Shown here in pieces: positions 1 to 9,600 of a stretch of 38,747 bases of DNA. Location of the stretch: the NCBI GenBank assembly GCA_004524445.1, contig SDNP01000029.1, forward strand, positions 1 to 38,747. Reading direction: 5' to 3'. Each line of letters begins with the position of its first letter. The first letter of the stretch is position 1. This DNA comes from Candidatus Thorarchaeota archaeon. Lineage in GTDB: Archaea > Asgardarchaeota > Thorarchaeia > Thorarchaeales > Thorarchaeaceae. A program made the position numbers and the translations under genes. The notes below the pieces were generated by a model, which ran no database searches, was not told where the DNA came from, and saw only the letters and a list, made by a program, of their open reading frames with translations.

Positions 1-2
1 AG

Positions 3-209
<207 letters not shown>

Positions 210-231
210 TTCCCATGCGATTTCGATAATA

Positions 232-273
232 GAGCCCGAATGTAATAGGGAACTCCCTGTTCTTTTAGGGCTC
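232..273 (+). terminator. Stem-loop after the OTCase stop codon, possible terminator or processing hairpin
   Basis: GAGCCC(232-237)/GGGCTC(268-273) outer stem and AATAGGG-AACT-CCCTGTT inner stem. Confidence 0.4.
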
Positions 274-963
274 ACCAGCTTTCATAAATGAAACAAATGC
301 CCGTACGAAGGTCGATTGGGTGCAGGCGCTCGATAATGTCAATCTTCTAGTAGAATATCTAGCTCACCAGCAATTCTACTCACGTGAAGATGACGTAATT
401 CTTAGTAGAGATACTAATGCACTGGTACGCATACCCGGTGCAAGGATGGCCTTTAACGCATTCATTGACTCACTAACTGCGCCAATCAAACATATCTATC
501 CGGCGAATATAATACCTATCTTAAGAAAATAGCCAGAAAGCTCCCCATAGAATCGAATGAGATTCTGGGAAATGTTGATCGGACAAAGGAAGTTCTTGAA
601 ACCGATGCAGTATCCGAGGAAATCGCCACAAATATCTTGGTGGGAGGGATTAGACATTCTCTTCATAAACAAGAGCTGCAGAAGTGTTTCAATCAAGTCC
701 AGGAGAAAGCTGAAAGCCTTGATGATATGCCAGCTCACAAATCGCAACTCATTGCTGAGCTGAACTCATTTTTTGAAAGGAGTGATCCCGACGTAGCACT
801 TTTGCGTAATCTTGTTTTACTGAAGTTATTGGCATCAGCTTATTCTCTAAGACGTCTTGAGAAGAGAGTAGATGACCTGATTGAGAAGAAAAAAGAATTA
901 TTGAGCAACAAGATGTTCTTGAATTACAACTCACCTTCTGTTGAGATATCAAAAGAAAAATGA
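269..963 (+). pseudogene. Frameshifted, probably 5'-truncated gene for a helical hypothetical protein
   Basis: Frame 2 is open 269-532 (...IKHIYPANIIP) and frame 1 is open 469-963 (YLKKIARKLPIESNEIL...EISKEK). One extra base near 518 would join them. No ATG opens the first frame. Confidence 0.55.
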
Positions 964-1035
964 GTGGCCGGCTGCAAGTTTAGAGTAGATTCGACACTGG
1001 ATTAATGATTTGAAGTTCAAAGAGGAGTAATACAA

Positions 1036-1341
1036 TTGTCAAAAGCAAGGATGATAATTAGCGGAAAGGTTCAGGGCGTTGGTTTTAGAGCAACTACAAG
1101 GAAGATTGCCACCGAGTTGGGGTTGAAGGGGTTGGTGAGAAATCTCAGGAATGGAAATGTTGAGGTATTTTGTGAGGGCAACAAAGAAAAAATCAACGAA
1201 TTAGCTACCAGATTGCGAAATCTTGAAAGAACATCATTGGGTGTTCGGCCTAGCGTTGATTCTATGAATGTTGCATATGAGGGTGAACCTGGCTACTCGG
1301 AAGCTTGGAAACCCTATTCAGGATTCAATATTGACTATTGA
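1036..1341 (+). CDS. acyP: Acylphosphatase
   Basis: ISGKVQGVGFR phosphate loop, GLVRNLRNGNVEV; GAGGAG upstream of TTG start. Confidence 0.93.
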   Translation: MSKARMIISGKVQGVGFRATTRKIATELGLKGLVRNLRNGNVEVFCEGNKEKINELATRLRNLERTSLGVRPSVDSMNVAYEGEPGYSEAWKPYSGFNIDY

Positions 1342-1472
1342 AATTGCTACAGTAACTTCAAGGCGGTTGTTTTGTCGAGATGCATAATCCATATCGACGT
1401 GTTGCAAAAAATAGCGCAATCTGATTGTGTTGGTAACGACGCTTAATATGCTCCCAACCACATACTAATCTG

Positions 1473-1721
1473 GTGAAAGGCAAATTGCAGCGTGTAACCT
1501 ACTGCCTGTCATGTGGAAAAGAAATGGTGAAGATATGGCATTACAGCGGTGGAAAAATGGACAATAGGTTTTGTGCCAATCGCATTGAAGAAGATGGGAA
1601 CCTGCTACTACGCAATCGCATACGAGATGATATCCGCAACTTCTGGAGTTCTACCAATGAACTCTATGGTCCCCCTCCAGAGTCCAACTCACGTCCACCA
1701 GTTCCTCCAGTTACACGTTAA
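1473..1721 (+). CDS. Small hypothetical protein with CxxC and Pro-rich tail
   Basis: 82-aa ORF with YCLSCGK; TTAATA ~30 nt upstream; no recognised family. Confidence 0.4.
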   Translation: MKGKLQRVTYCLSCGKEMVKIWHYSGGKMDNRFCANRIEEDGNLLLRNRIRDDIRNFWSSTNELYGPPPESNSRPPVPPVTR

Positions 1722-1741
1722 CACAACGAAGCTCACAACTG

Positions 1742-1754
1742 AAAGAGTTATAGA
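1742..1754 (+). promoter_or_regulatory. Archaeal BRE/TATA-like promoter, probably giving a leaderless transcript
   Basis: AAAGAG-TTATAG lies ~25 nt upstream of ATG 1777; no SD sequence. Confidence 0.5.
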
Positions 1755-1776
1755 GTAGCTTTTCTCTTTCTAGTGT

Positions 1777-2805
1777 ATGAATTTACATGGTCGCGACTTG
1801 CTAACTACGCAGGATTGGAGTGTTGAGGAGATTGAGAAAACACTCGATCTCTCCTTCGATTTCAAGAAGAATCGATACAATCATCCACTGAGAAACTGTT
1901 TGGATCGAAGGACTTTCATGATGTTCTTCTATAATCCTTCTGTTAGAACTAGACAATCGTTTGAAGCTGCCGCAACTGAACTCGGAGGCCATGCTCAGTT
2001 TCTTGAACCGAAGAGCATGAGATTAAAGACTTCAAAGAGTGCAGGTGAAACCGTTCAGGATGCAGCAGAAGTCATGAGCAGGTATTCATGTGGAATAGGT
2101 CTCAGAGTTTTGGAGACCGCCATTGAGGAATATGGACAAGGACATGAGCTGCTTGAGGAATATGCCGAGTATGCTTCAGTTCCTATTATATCAATGGCAC
2201 ATGATAAGTTTCATCCATGTCAGGGTTTTGCAGACGTTATGGGAATGCGGTTGCATGGTGGAAAGGACCTGAAAGGGAAGAAGCTCCTACAAGTATGGGG
2301 AAGGGGCGCACTTGTTCGATCTTGGTGTTCAATTCAGGAGAGTATTCTCGTAAATACCCGCCTTGGAATGGATGTGACATTGGCACACCCTGAAGGATAC
2401 GATTTGGATCCTGAAGTGATTAAGTGGTGTGAAGAAAATGCGGATGCTTCTGGAGGAGAATTTGAGATAGTTCATGACTTGGAGGAAGGATATGATGGTG
2501 CCGACTTTGTCTACTCTCGTAATTGGATGACAGCTGACTTCTATGATAATATGAACAAGCATGGTGTGGATGCCGCCAAAAAAATTGAGATTGAGCGGGC
2601 TATGAAATACGATGACTGGATATCCACTAAGGATTGGATGGCAAAGACAAACAATGCGTTCTTCACTCACTGCGGACCTGTTGACAGGAATTCGGAGGTC
2701 ACAGATGAGGTAGTAGACAGCGAAAAAAGCATTGTCTATGATGTTGCCGAAAACAGACTTCATGTACAGAAGGCAATAATGGCTCTAACAATGGGGATAA
2801 AGTAG
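1777..2805 (+). CDS. Carbamoyltransferase of the OTCase/N-acetylornithine carbamoyltransferase family, non-canonical
   Basis: FYNPSVRTRQSF, HPCQ, HCGP (canonical HCLP), AENRLHVQKA. Confidence 0.9.
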   Translation: MNLHGRDLLTTQDWSVEEIEKTLDLSFDFKKNRYNHPLRNCLDRRTFMMFFYNPSVRTRQSFEAAATELGGHAQFLEPKSMRLKTSKSAGETVQDAAEVMSRYSCGIGLRVLETAIEEYGQGHELLEEYAEYASVPIISMAHDKFHPCQGFADVMGMRLHGGKDLKGKKLLQVWGRGALVRSWCSIQESILVNTRLGMDVTLAHPEGYDLDPEVIKWCEENADASGGEFEIVHDLEEGYDGADFVYSRNWMTADFYDNMNKHGVDAAKKIEIERAMKYDDWISTKDWMAKTNNAFFTHCGPVDRNSEVTDEVVDSEKSIVYDVAENRLHVQKAIMALTMGIK

Positions 2806-2870
2806 AACCTCGTGTTTGCAAAATGATGACATTGCGTTCCATTCAACAAGCGGAATGTCACTGGTATTTC

Positions 2871-3740
2871 TTACCAGGCGCCTTCCGTGGTGTGGAACGC
2901 CTTCATAATGAAGTAGACCATAAGTCCAACCAAAAGGATAATTACGCCAAAGGCAATGACGAATGCCGTTCCAGATAGATTTGTCCAGAACACCCGAGAT
3001 CCATATTGATTTGACCAGTTGATAGCTCCGGTGGCAATACCAATTGCAGTGAGAATGTACGGTGCGCTTACTACCAACAGAATTGCCAGTGAAAGATACC
3101 CGGCTCGCTTTAGCCAAGTAGTCATCCTGTCCTTTGGTACAGTCTTCTTAGGTTCCGGAATCTGCTCTTGTTCTTCTTTCATCTTTATTTTGATTCCCCG
3201 GGTAAGCAATTTGTCGTGGAGTCTGTCATATTTCGCTCTCCAATACCTCTTGAATCCTTCGATTGATATGTCCCTCTCACGGGAAAGGAAACCTTTCACA
3301 ATCCAATATGTAATCAGTCCCAGGATGAAGCTCCAAAAAATTGGATAGACATCTCCGAGATATAATAGGACGTTGTATAGAGCGGCTCCAACTCGTAGTG
3401 CAATGAGTGCTGCGAACCAGTTGACATGATTTCCCAATATGCTTGACCTGGTGTGAAGGTAATATGATCCAGCTATCATTGCGAAGAGCGCAAAGGAGAG
3501 AATATCCACAACTATCCAGAGAAACCACCAATTGCTAGTCAGGGCAAACCGAACTATGGGGTTATACTCATACTCAGGCCCGTGAGTGACGAACAAGAGA
3601 TACGTAAAGAGCGCATCAATAAACCCGATTGGCGAGAGGGCTAATACTAAGCCCCGTACCCACTTCTCGCTCCACCATAGTGAGAACATATCCCCAGAGC
3701 TCATAGTTGAGAGGCTAGGTTTCTCCTGGGCTGTTGACAT
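2871..3740 (-). CDS. Multi-pass membrane protein, DUF5658-like N-terminus
   Basis: D-x3-T...E-x-NP pattern (IDALFTYLL...EYNPIVR); ~7 hydrophobic segments. Confidence 0.7.
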   Translation of the reverse strand: MSTAQEKPSLSTMSSGDMFSLWWSEKWVRGLVLALSPIGFIDALFTYLLFVTHGPEYEYNPIVRFALTSNWWFLWIVVDILSFALFAMIAGSYYLHTRSSILGNHVNWFAALIALRVGAALYNVLLYLGDVYPIFWSFILGLITYWIVKGFLSRERDISIEGFKRYWRAKYDRLHDKLLTRGIKIKMKEEQEQIPEPKKTVPKDRMTTWLKRAGYLSLAILLVVSAPYILTAIGIATGAINWSNQYGSRVFWTNLSGTAFVIAFGVIILLVGLMVYFIMKAFHTTEGAW

Positions 3741-3811
3741 TCTTTAACCCCTTGCGGGATTATTCCCACCATATTCTCTTTAAAGTATGCCATCAACGCT
3801 ATATTTCTGGC

Positions 3812-3853
3812 AATTTTAAAAAAAGGGAAAGGGCAGAGAGACAAACTCTCTGC
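3812..3853 (-). terminator. Terminator of oppA
   Basis: Perfect 8-bp stem GCAGAGAG/CTCTCTGC (3833-3853) followed on the minus strand by CCTTTCCCTTTTTTT. Confidence 0.7.
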
Positions 3854-3884
3854 ATTTCTTGTTCTGTTATGCGAATGCCTTCCA

Positions 3885-5795
3885 CTATGTCTTATACATA
3901 TGGAAGAAGTACGCACCGTGCATCGGATTGCAGGCGTATTGACCATCGTAGACATTGGCACCGGTGACAAACAGAGTTGTTCCCTGATAGACCCAGATGT
4001 AAGCTGCGTGTTCATACACAGCCTCTGTGATCTGTGCGTAGAGTGTTTCACGCTCATCCTCATCAAGGCTCTGTGCCGCGTCGTCAATCCAGCCATCAAC
4101 TTCCTCTGCGTCCCAACCTGGAGACTGTGCTAGTCGTGCCCAGTAGCCAAAAGTACCAGTGGACTTGGCATAGGGTGCGACGTAGTTGTCTGGGTCAGCA
4201 TAGTCTGGTGCCCATCCAATCATCCAGCAACCAACCTCGCCAGCGATAGCGGCATGGAGGTAGTTGGACCACTCAAGACCCTGAACTTGTATCTCGAGCT
4301 CCTCAGTGGGCTGTACTGCATCGTCATGCGCTAGAACTGCTCTGAGTCCGTCTGCTAGGAGTAGCTGAGCGTTCTCACGCACTGTGTTTCCAGAGTTGTA
4401 GTAGAAGACCAGTGTGTAGGAGTTGTTAGCCAGAATAGTGTCTAGATCGTTGTTGTTCATGGCGTCGTTCCAATAGCTGACGGCCTCTTCGATGTCATAT
4501 GAGTAGGTACTTGCATCCTCCGGGTATCCGAACATTCCTGTTGGAATCGGTCCGGCAAACTGATTGCCAAAGCCATTAGCGACCGTGTCAATCAAGGTCT
4601 CATAGTCAAAGGCATGGCTGAGACACTTCCGCAGGTTGATGACCTTGTATGGGTTCTCCACCACTTTTCCGAGAATAGTCTCGTTCATGGTCTCCGACAT
4701 CGTGAAGTGTATTGACGCGATGTTGAAGGTTGGATACTGAGCCCATACCTTCAGTGTATTGGGAGTCAAGCTCTGCTGTGTACCGTCATTAGCGCTGAAT
4801 GCTGGTGGAGATGCATTGTTGTAGACCTGAGTTGCATGAGTTGTCGGCCAATATACGACATCAGCCTCTTCAGCCTGGATATTCAAAATCCTGCTGTTTA
4901 CATCCTCATTGGTCTTGATGATAACTTCATCAATGGCTCCTGCGTTCGGGAAGTCTGTCCTAGCAGAAGCAGCTCTCCAGTAGTTTTCATTTCGCGCCAG
5001 TACGATATTGACATCCGGAGTCCATTCTGTGACCATATATGGTCCAGTTCCGCATGTGTTGTCGTCTAGGTAATCGTTGTGCGCTCCTATCTCGATACCA
5101 CCATGAGCCTCAACAAAGGTGGGGCTGATCATGGAACCAACTGCGTAGGTGATGGATGCCAAGAATGGCACGTATGGATAGGCCAGTCTGATTCTCACAG
5201 TATATGTGTCTAGAACCAGAACGGCACCAGTACCGTCTTCATTCGCATCTGCCCATTCTGTGAAGTTGCCAACATGATCATCGCTGCCTGGGCCTGAGCC
5301 GTAGACAGCATTCTCAATGGCGGCTCCACCAAGAATAGGTTCTGCAACCATCCAAACTGGGCCACTAGGATCGAATGTGGCTAACATTCTCTCGAAGTTG
5401 TATTGCACACAGGATGCGTTAAATGGCGTTCCATCGTGGAACGTGACGCCCTGACGGAGGGTGAAGGTATAGTTCAGCCCATCATCAGAAATCGTCAGAT
5501 CCTCTGCCAATAGAGGCACAGTGGGGTCTGTAGATAGCGAGTCGAATTCATACGTGTACAATGTTTCGTACACGTTGTAGTGAACCCATGAGCCAAATGA
5601 CTCATAGTTGTTGTGCGGATCCATGTAGTCAGGATTTCCAATCGTCTCCCAAACAAGGGTCTGACCAGTCGGCCTGGGTGGAGTCATCAAAAGGTAGGCT
5701 CCTGCCGCACCAACAATCACCACGATCACGACGACCGCTATGATTTGGTTTCTTTGAATTGTGTGTTCCTCCTTCTCTATATTTCCTTGAGTCAT
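3885..5795 (-). CDS. oppA: Oligopeptide/dipeptide ABC transporter substrate-binding protein (SBP family 5), N-terminal membrane anchor
   Basis: N-terminal TM helix; YTFTLRQGVTFHDGTPFNA signature; GTGPY; GWAPDYADPDN. Start chosen at MTQG. Confidence 0.93.
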   Translation of the reverse strand: MTQGNIEKEEHTIQRNQIIAVVVIVVIVGAAGAYLLMTPPRPTGQTLVWETIGNPDYMDPHNNYESFGSWVHYNVYETLYTYEFDSLSTDPTVPLLAEDLTISDDGLNYTFTLRQGVTFHDGTPFNASCVQYNFERMLATFDPSGPVWMVAEPILGGAAIENAVYGSGPGSDDHVGNFTEWADANEDGTGAVLVLDTYTVRIRLAYPYVPFLASITYAVGSMISPTFVEAHGGIEIGAHNDYLDDNTCGTGPYMVTEWTPDVNIVLARNENYWRAASARTDFPNAGAIDEVIIKTNEDVNSRILNIQAEEADVVYWPTTHATQVYNNASPPAFSANDGTQQSLTPNTLKVWAQYPTFNIASIHFTMSETMNETILGKVVENPYKVINLRKCLSHAFDYETLIDTVANGFGNQFAGPIPTGMFGYPEDASTYSYDIEEAVSYWNDAMNNNDLDTILANNSYTLVFYYNSGNTVRENAQLLLADGLRAVLAHDDAVQPTEELEIQVQGLEWSNYLHAAIAGEVGCWMIGWAPDYADPDNYVAPYAKSTGTFGYWARLAQSPGWDAEEVDGWIDDAAQSLDEDERETLYAQITEAVYEHAAYIWVYQGTTLFVTGANVYDGQYACNPMHGAYFFHMYKT

Positions 5796-6056
5796 TATGC
5801 ACAAATGGCATCACTACTCAAGAGTCGCTCTACGCGAACAAATACAAATAGAGCTAAGTCGCACTAATATAGATTGTGTATAACTTGGATTTAGCTCGGT
5901 TTGGGCTACTAACAAGGCGAATGAGCCCGGCGTGCCATAAACAGAATCTTCAAAGAGCATCCAAAGGCTTAAGTATTGTCCGAAAATCCGCTGATTGTAG
6001 GTTCAGAATTATGAACCTATCGCATGCAAAGTCCCCATCCTATGGAGAAAACAAAA

Positions 6057-7091
6057 ATGAAGCTCAGAGATTTTATTCTCAGGAGATTAGTCCTAGCCAT
6101 TCCTGTCATTATTGGCGTCCTGACTATCACATGGTTCCTTGCCTATATTGTCGGTGACCCTGTGACGCTCTATATTAATGAAAATACGCCTCAGGCTGCG
6201 ATACCCGCAATTCGGCAAGCTCATGGTCTAGATGAACCTCCTCACATTCAATTCTTCCTATACATTACGAATTTGATGCAAGGTGATTGGGGTGAGAGTG
6301 CATCGTCGAGCTTCCGACCAGTTCTTCAAGTGATTGCTGAGAAGTTTCCTGCAACTATTGAGCTGTCCATATTCGCAATGATATTTGCAGTGGTTCTGGG
6401 AATCCCCCTTGGCATCGTATCAGCCACTAGAAAGGACGAGATGGTTGATCATTTTACTCGCATCTTCTCCCTAGCAGGAGTATCCATGCCCATATTTTGG
6501 TTTGCTCTTATGCTGAAGTACATTCTCTTCTACCAGTTCAAAATCATGGGACTGCCCGCACTTCCTCCTGGCGAGAGATATTCTATCTCTACTTACCGAG
6601 ATTTCACGTCTGTTACAGGCTTCATGCTCATTGACTCGCTAGTATTTAATCTTGATATTCGTCTCTTCATAGACTCATTGCTCCATTTGGCGATGCCGGC
6701 ATTCTGTTTGGGATATCTGACGCTTGCAATCATCACTAGGATGATGAGGTCCAGCATGCTCGAAGTCTTGACTGAGGATTACATAACCCTCGCCAGGTCA
6801 AAGGGTCTGAAAGAACGAACCGTCATATACAAGCATGCCCTGCGAAATGCATTGATTCCTACGGTTACTGTGATCGGACTGGCATTTGGTGGCCTTATAA
6901 CGGGTGCCGTTCTGACTGAAACAATATTTCAGTGGCCCGGACTCGGCAGATGGGCTGTTCGTGCAATTTTGAATTCGGATTTGGCGGCAATCAATGGATT
7001 CACACTACTGGTTGCCTTCATATTTGTCACAGCCAACCTCTTGGTCGATTTAGTCTATGGCACACTTGACCCAAGGATTAGATTTGGATAG
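6057..7091 (+). CDS. oppB: Oligopeptide ABC permease OppB/DppB
   Basis: FILRRL, PATIEL, EAA loop EVLTEDYITLARSKGL, HALRNALIP, LDPRIR. Confidence 0.95.
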   Translation: MKLRDFILRRLVLAIPVIIGVLTITWFLAYIVGDPVTLYINENTPQAAIPAIRQAHGLDEPPHIQFFLYITNLMQGDWGESASSSFRPVLQVIAEKFPATIELSIFAMIFAVVLGIPLGIVSATRKDEMVDHFTRIFSLAGVSMPIFWFALMLKYILFYQFKIMGLPALPPGERYSISTYRDFTSVTGFMLIDSLVFNLDIRLFIDSLLHLAMPAFCLGYLTLAIITRMMRSSMLEVLTEDYITLARSKGLKERTVIYKHALRNALIPTVTVIGLAFGGLITGAVLTETIFQWPGLGRWAVRAILNSDLAAINGFTLLVAFIFVTANLLVDLVYGTLDPRIRFG

Positions 7092-7103
7092 GAGGCTCAT
7101 GAC

Positions 7104-8426
7104 TTGAACAGCACAGCTACACAAACCACGGAATACATAGAGAGCAGCAAAGGGATGCAATTTGGCATTTCTGCCGCCATCAACTACATTGTTGCTATTG
7201 GTGCATTCCTATTTGGAGGATTGATTTTAGCTGTAAATTTCGTTGGGGCAATAGCCTCAGTGATAGGTGCAAGCGTTGAACTGCCAATCTATTTCCAAGC
7301 TTGGCTAATTCAAGGACTTGCCGCAATAGTGATGGCGTACATAATACTGAGAGGTGGGCTTGCAATACACGACCAGTCCCTGTGGGCATTCACAACAGCA
7401 CTCTATTCAAACATCCTCTTAGCTGTTGTTTATTTTACCATAGGACTTACTGGCATTCCACTATCAGTTCTTTCTCTGGTTTCCATTCTATCTCTTTTCC
7501 AATCTGACGTACGGAAGTATTGGTATCCAAGCTTCAAAGAAGACATGTCTCCCCGTATCAAGGAGCTTCGATACAGCTTGTATTTAGTGAGAAAGAGTCC
7601 GCTTGTTGTTGCTGGTATTTTCATTCTTCTCACATTTCTTTCGTTGGCTTTTCTTGCTCCCTATATCGCTCCTTATGGACCTGAAGAGCGGGTTTGGCGG
7701 GACAACAATCTTCCACCGGGCTCCCCGAGCACAATAGAAGGAAATCCCATGCATTTTTGGGGTACAGACGATACAGGGGGCGATATATTCAGCAGGATTC
7801 TCTATGCAGCTCAAACTGATTTGTATGTTTCAATCACAGTTGTATTGGTCGCGGTTCTTATTGGCACATTCATCGGGGCAATTGCCGGATATTATGGCGG
7901 AAAGATTGATGAGGTAGTCATGCGAGTTACAGATGTGTTCTTTGCATTCCCTGGACTCGTTCTTGCAATGGCTATCGTCATGGCGCTCGGTGAGCGAAGT
8001 CTGCAGAGTATATCTTTGGCTCTGATGGTGACATGGTGGCCTAGCTATGCACGCTTGGTGAGAGGTCAGGTTCTGGGAGAGCGCGAAAAACTGTACGTCG
8101 AAGCTGCTAGATCCGTTGGAGCCAGCGATAGCCGTATCTTGGTCTATCATATTATTCCCAATACAATTCAACCCCTCATAGTTCAGGCAACTATGGATAC
8201 AGGCTCAGTGCTACTGGTTGCAGCAGGTCTTGCCTTCATTGGATTTGGGCCTCGTGCGGGAGTAGCTGAATGGGGTTTAATGATCTCAAAAGCCCAGAAC
8301 TTCTTCATGATTGCTCCCTGGGCAGTCTTCTTCCCTGGCTTCGCCATATTGTTCGTGGCTCTTGCTTTCAACCTAGTGGGAGATGGGATCCGAGATATTC
8401 TGGATCCTCGAATTCGGAGGCGATAG
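7104..8426 (+). CDS. oppC: Oligopeptide ABC permease OppC/DppC with an extra N-terminal membrane domain
   Basis: HFWGTDDTGGDIFSR, YVEAARSVGAS, GDGIRDILDPR; GGAGG SD before TTG. Confidence 0.93.
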   Translation: MNSTATQTTEYIESSKGMQFGISAAINYIVAIGAFLFGGLILAVNFVGAIASVIGASVELPIYFQAWLIQGLAAIVMAYIILRGGLAIHDQSLWAFTTALYSNILLAVVYFTIGLTGIPLSVLSLVSILSLFQSDVRKYWYPSFKEDMSPRIKELRYSLYLVRKSPLVVAGIFILLTFLSLAFLAPYIAPYGPEERVWRDNNLPPGSPSTIEGNPMHFWGTDDTGGDIFSRILYAAQTDLYVSITVVLVAVLIGTFIGAIAGYYGGKIDEVVMRVTDVFFAFPGLVLAMAIVMALGERSLQSISLALMVTWWPSYARLVRGQVLGEREKLYVEAARSVGASDSRILVYHIIPNTIQPLIVQATMDTGSVLLVAAGLAFIGFGPRAGVAEWGLMISKAQNFFMIAPWAVFFPGFAILFVALAFNLVGDGIRDILDPRIRRR

Positions 8427-8427
8427 C

Positions 8428-9585
8428 ATGGTAATCGAAGACTTGGATTTGGTCTTACATGTCAAGGACCTAGTAACAAACTTCTACACCTATGAAGGAG
8501 TGGTAAAGGCACTCGATGGAGTGGAGATGTTTCTGCGGCGTGGCGACACTATGGGTCTCGTGGGAGAAACAGGCTGCGGAAAATCCGTGACAGCAAGGTC
8601 AATCCTTCGAATTGTTGAGGCCCCCGGCAAGATTAATGGTGGGGAAGTTTGGTTCAATCCTAACTTGGATAATGGAGGAGAAGCAGAACCGGTGAATCTT
8701 TTGGAACTAAGTCCAGAGGAAATGCTTGATATCCGAGGTGAGAAGATTGCCATCGTCTTCCAAGACCCCGCGACATATCCAAATCCTGTGTTCAGGATTG
8801 GAGAACAAATTGCTGAAGTCATTCAGCTACATCAGGACCTGAGTCGTGATGTCGTAGAGATGAAGATTGAGAAGCTACAGAACTCGCTGAAAGAAGATAT
8901 GGACCGCGAGAGAGAATCCCAAATCAAAGAGAAGATCAAGTATTACGAGTCCATGCTAGATGATCCGCCTGAACCGGATGAGAAAGACGCCAAGATGGCT
9001 GCCAAGAAGCGAGCAGTCGAGATGCTTAAACTAGTCAAGATGCCTGCTCCAGAGCAAGTCGTAGACCAATATCCACATGAGTTGTCTGGCGGAATGCGAC
9101 AGAGAGCACTTATTGCTATGGCACTGGCTTGTAATCCCAGCGTCCTCATTGCTGATGAAGCGACCACGGCTCTTGACGTCACTGTTCAAGCACAAGTATT
9201 GCATCTGCTCAATGAGCTGAAGAAGGAAATTGGAACATCCATAATAATCATAACTCATGATATGGGTGTCGTTGCAGAAACCTGCAACTGGACCAACGTG
9301 ATGTATGCTGGAACCACTGTCGAAACATGTGCCACCAGGGAGTTGTTCAGTAATCCGCTGCATCCCTATACTGCTGGGTTATTGATAGCAGTTCCCAAAC
9401 TGCACGAAGAAAAAGAACGTCTTCCTCAGATTCTTGGAAGTGTTCCTAATCTCATCACGCCGCCTTCGGGTTGCCGTTTTCATCCAAGATGCGAATATGC
9501 CACTGAAGTATGTAGCAGGGAGAAGCCCCAGCTAAGAGAGCTGGAGCCCGAGCACTGGGTTGCATGCCATCATCCACTCAAATAA
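8428..9585 (+). CDS. oppD: Oligopeptide ABC ATPase OppD/DppD with a charged insertion
   Basis: Walker A GETGCGKS, LSGGMRQR, IADEATTALD, ITHD, C-terminal GCRFHPRC...C...CH. Confidence 0.95.
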   Translation: MVIEDLDLVLHVKDLVTNFYTYEGVVKALDGVEMFLRRGDTMGLVGETGCGKSVTARSILRIVEAPGKINGGEVWFNPNLDNGGEAEPVNLLELSPEEMLDIRGEKIAIVFQDPATYPNPVFRIGEQIAEVIQLHQDLSRDVVEMKIEKLQNSLKEDMDRERESQIKEKIKYYESMLDDPPEPDEKDAKMAAKKRAVEMLKLVKMPAPEQVVDQYPHELSGGMRQRALIAMALACNPSVLIADEATTALDVTVQAQVLHLLNELKKEIGTSIIIITHDMGVVAETCNWTNVMYAGTTVETCATRELFSNPLHPYTAGLLIAVPKLHEEKERLPQILGSVPNLITPPSGCRFHPRCEYATEVCSREKPQLRELEPEHWVACHHPLK

Positions 9586-9600
9586 CAGGAGAAATGAAAT

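Noticed and set aside
232-273. Hairpin with GAA/A flanking as an archaeal SECIS
   Set aside because: No in-frame TGA in the visible upstream gene, and no AUGA/GA kink-turn core; a terminator is simpler.
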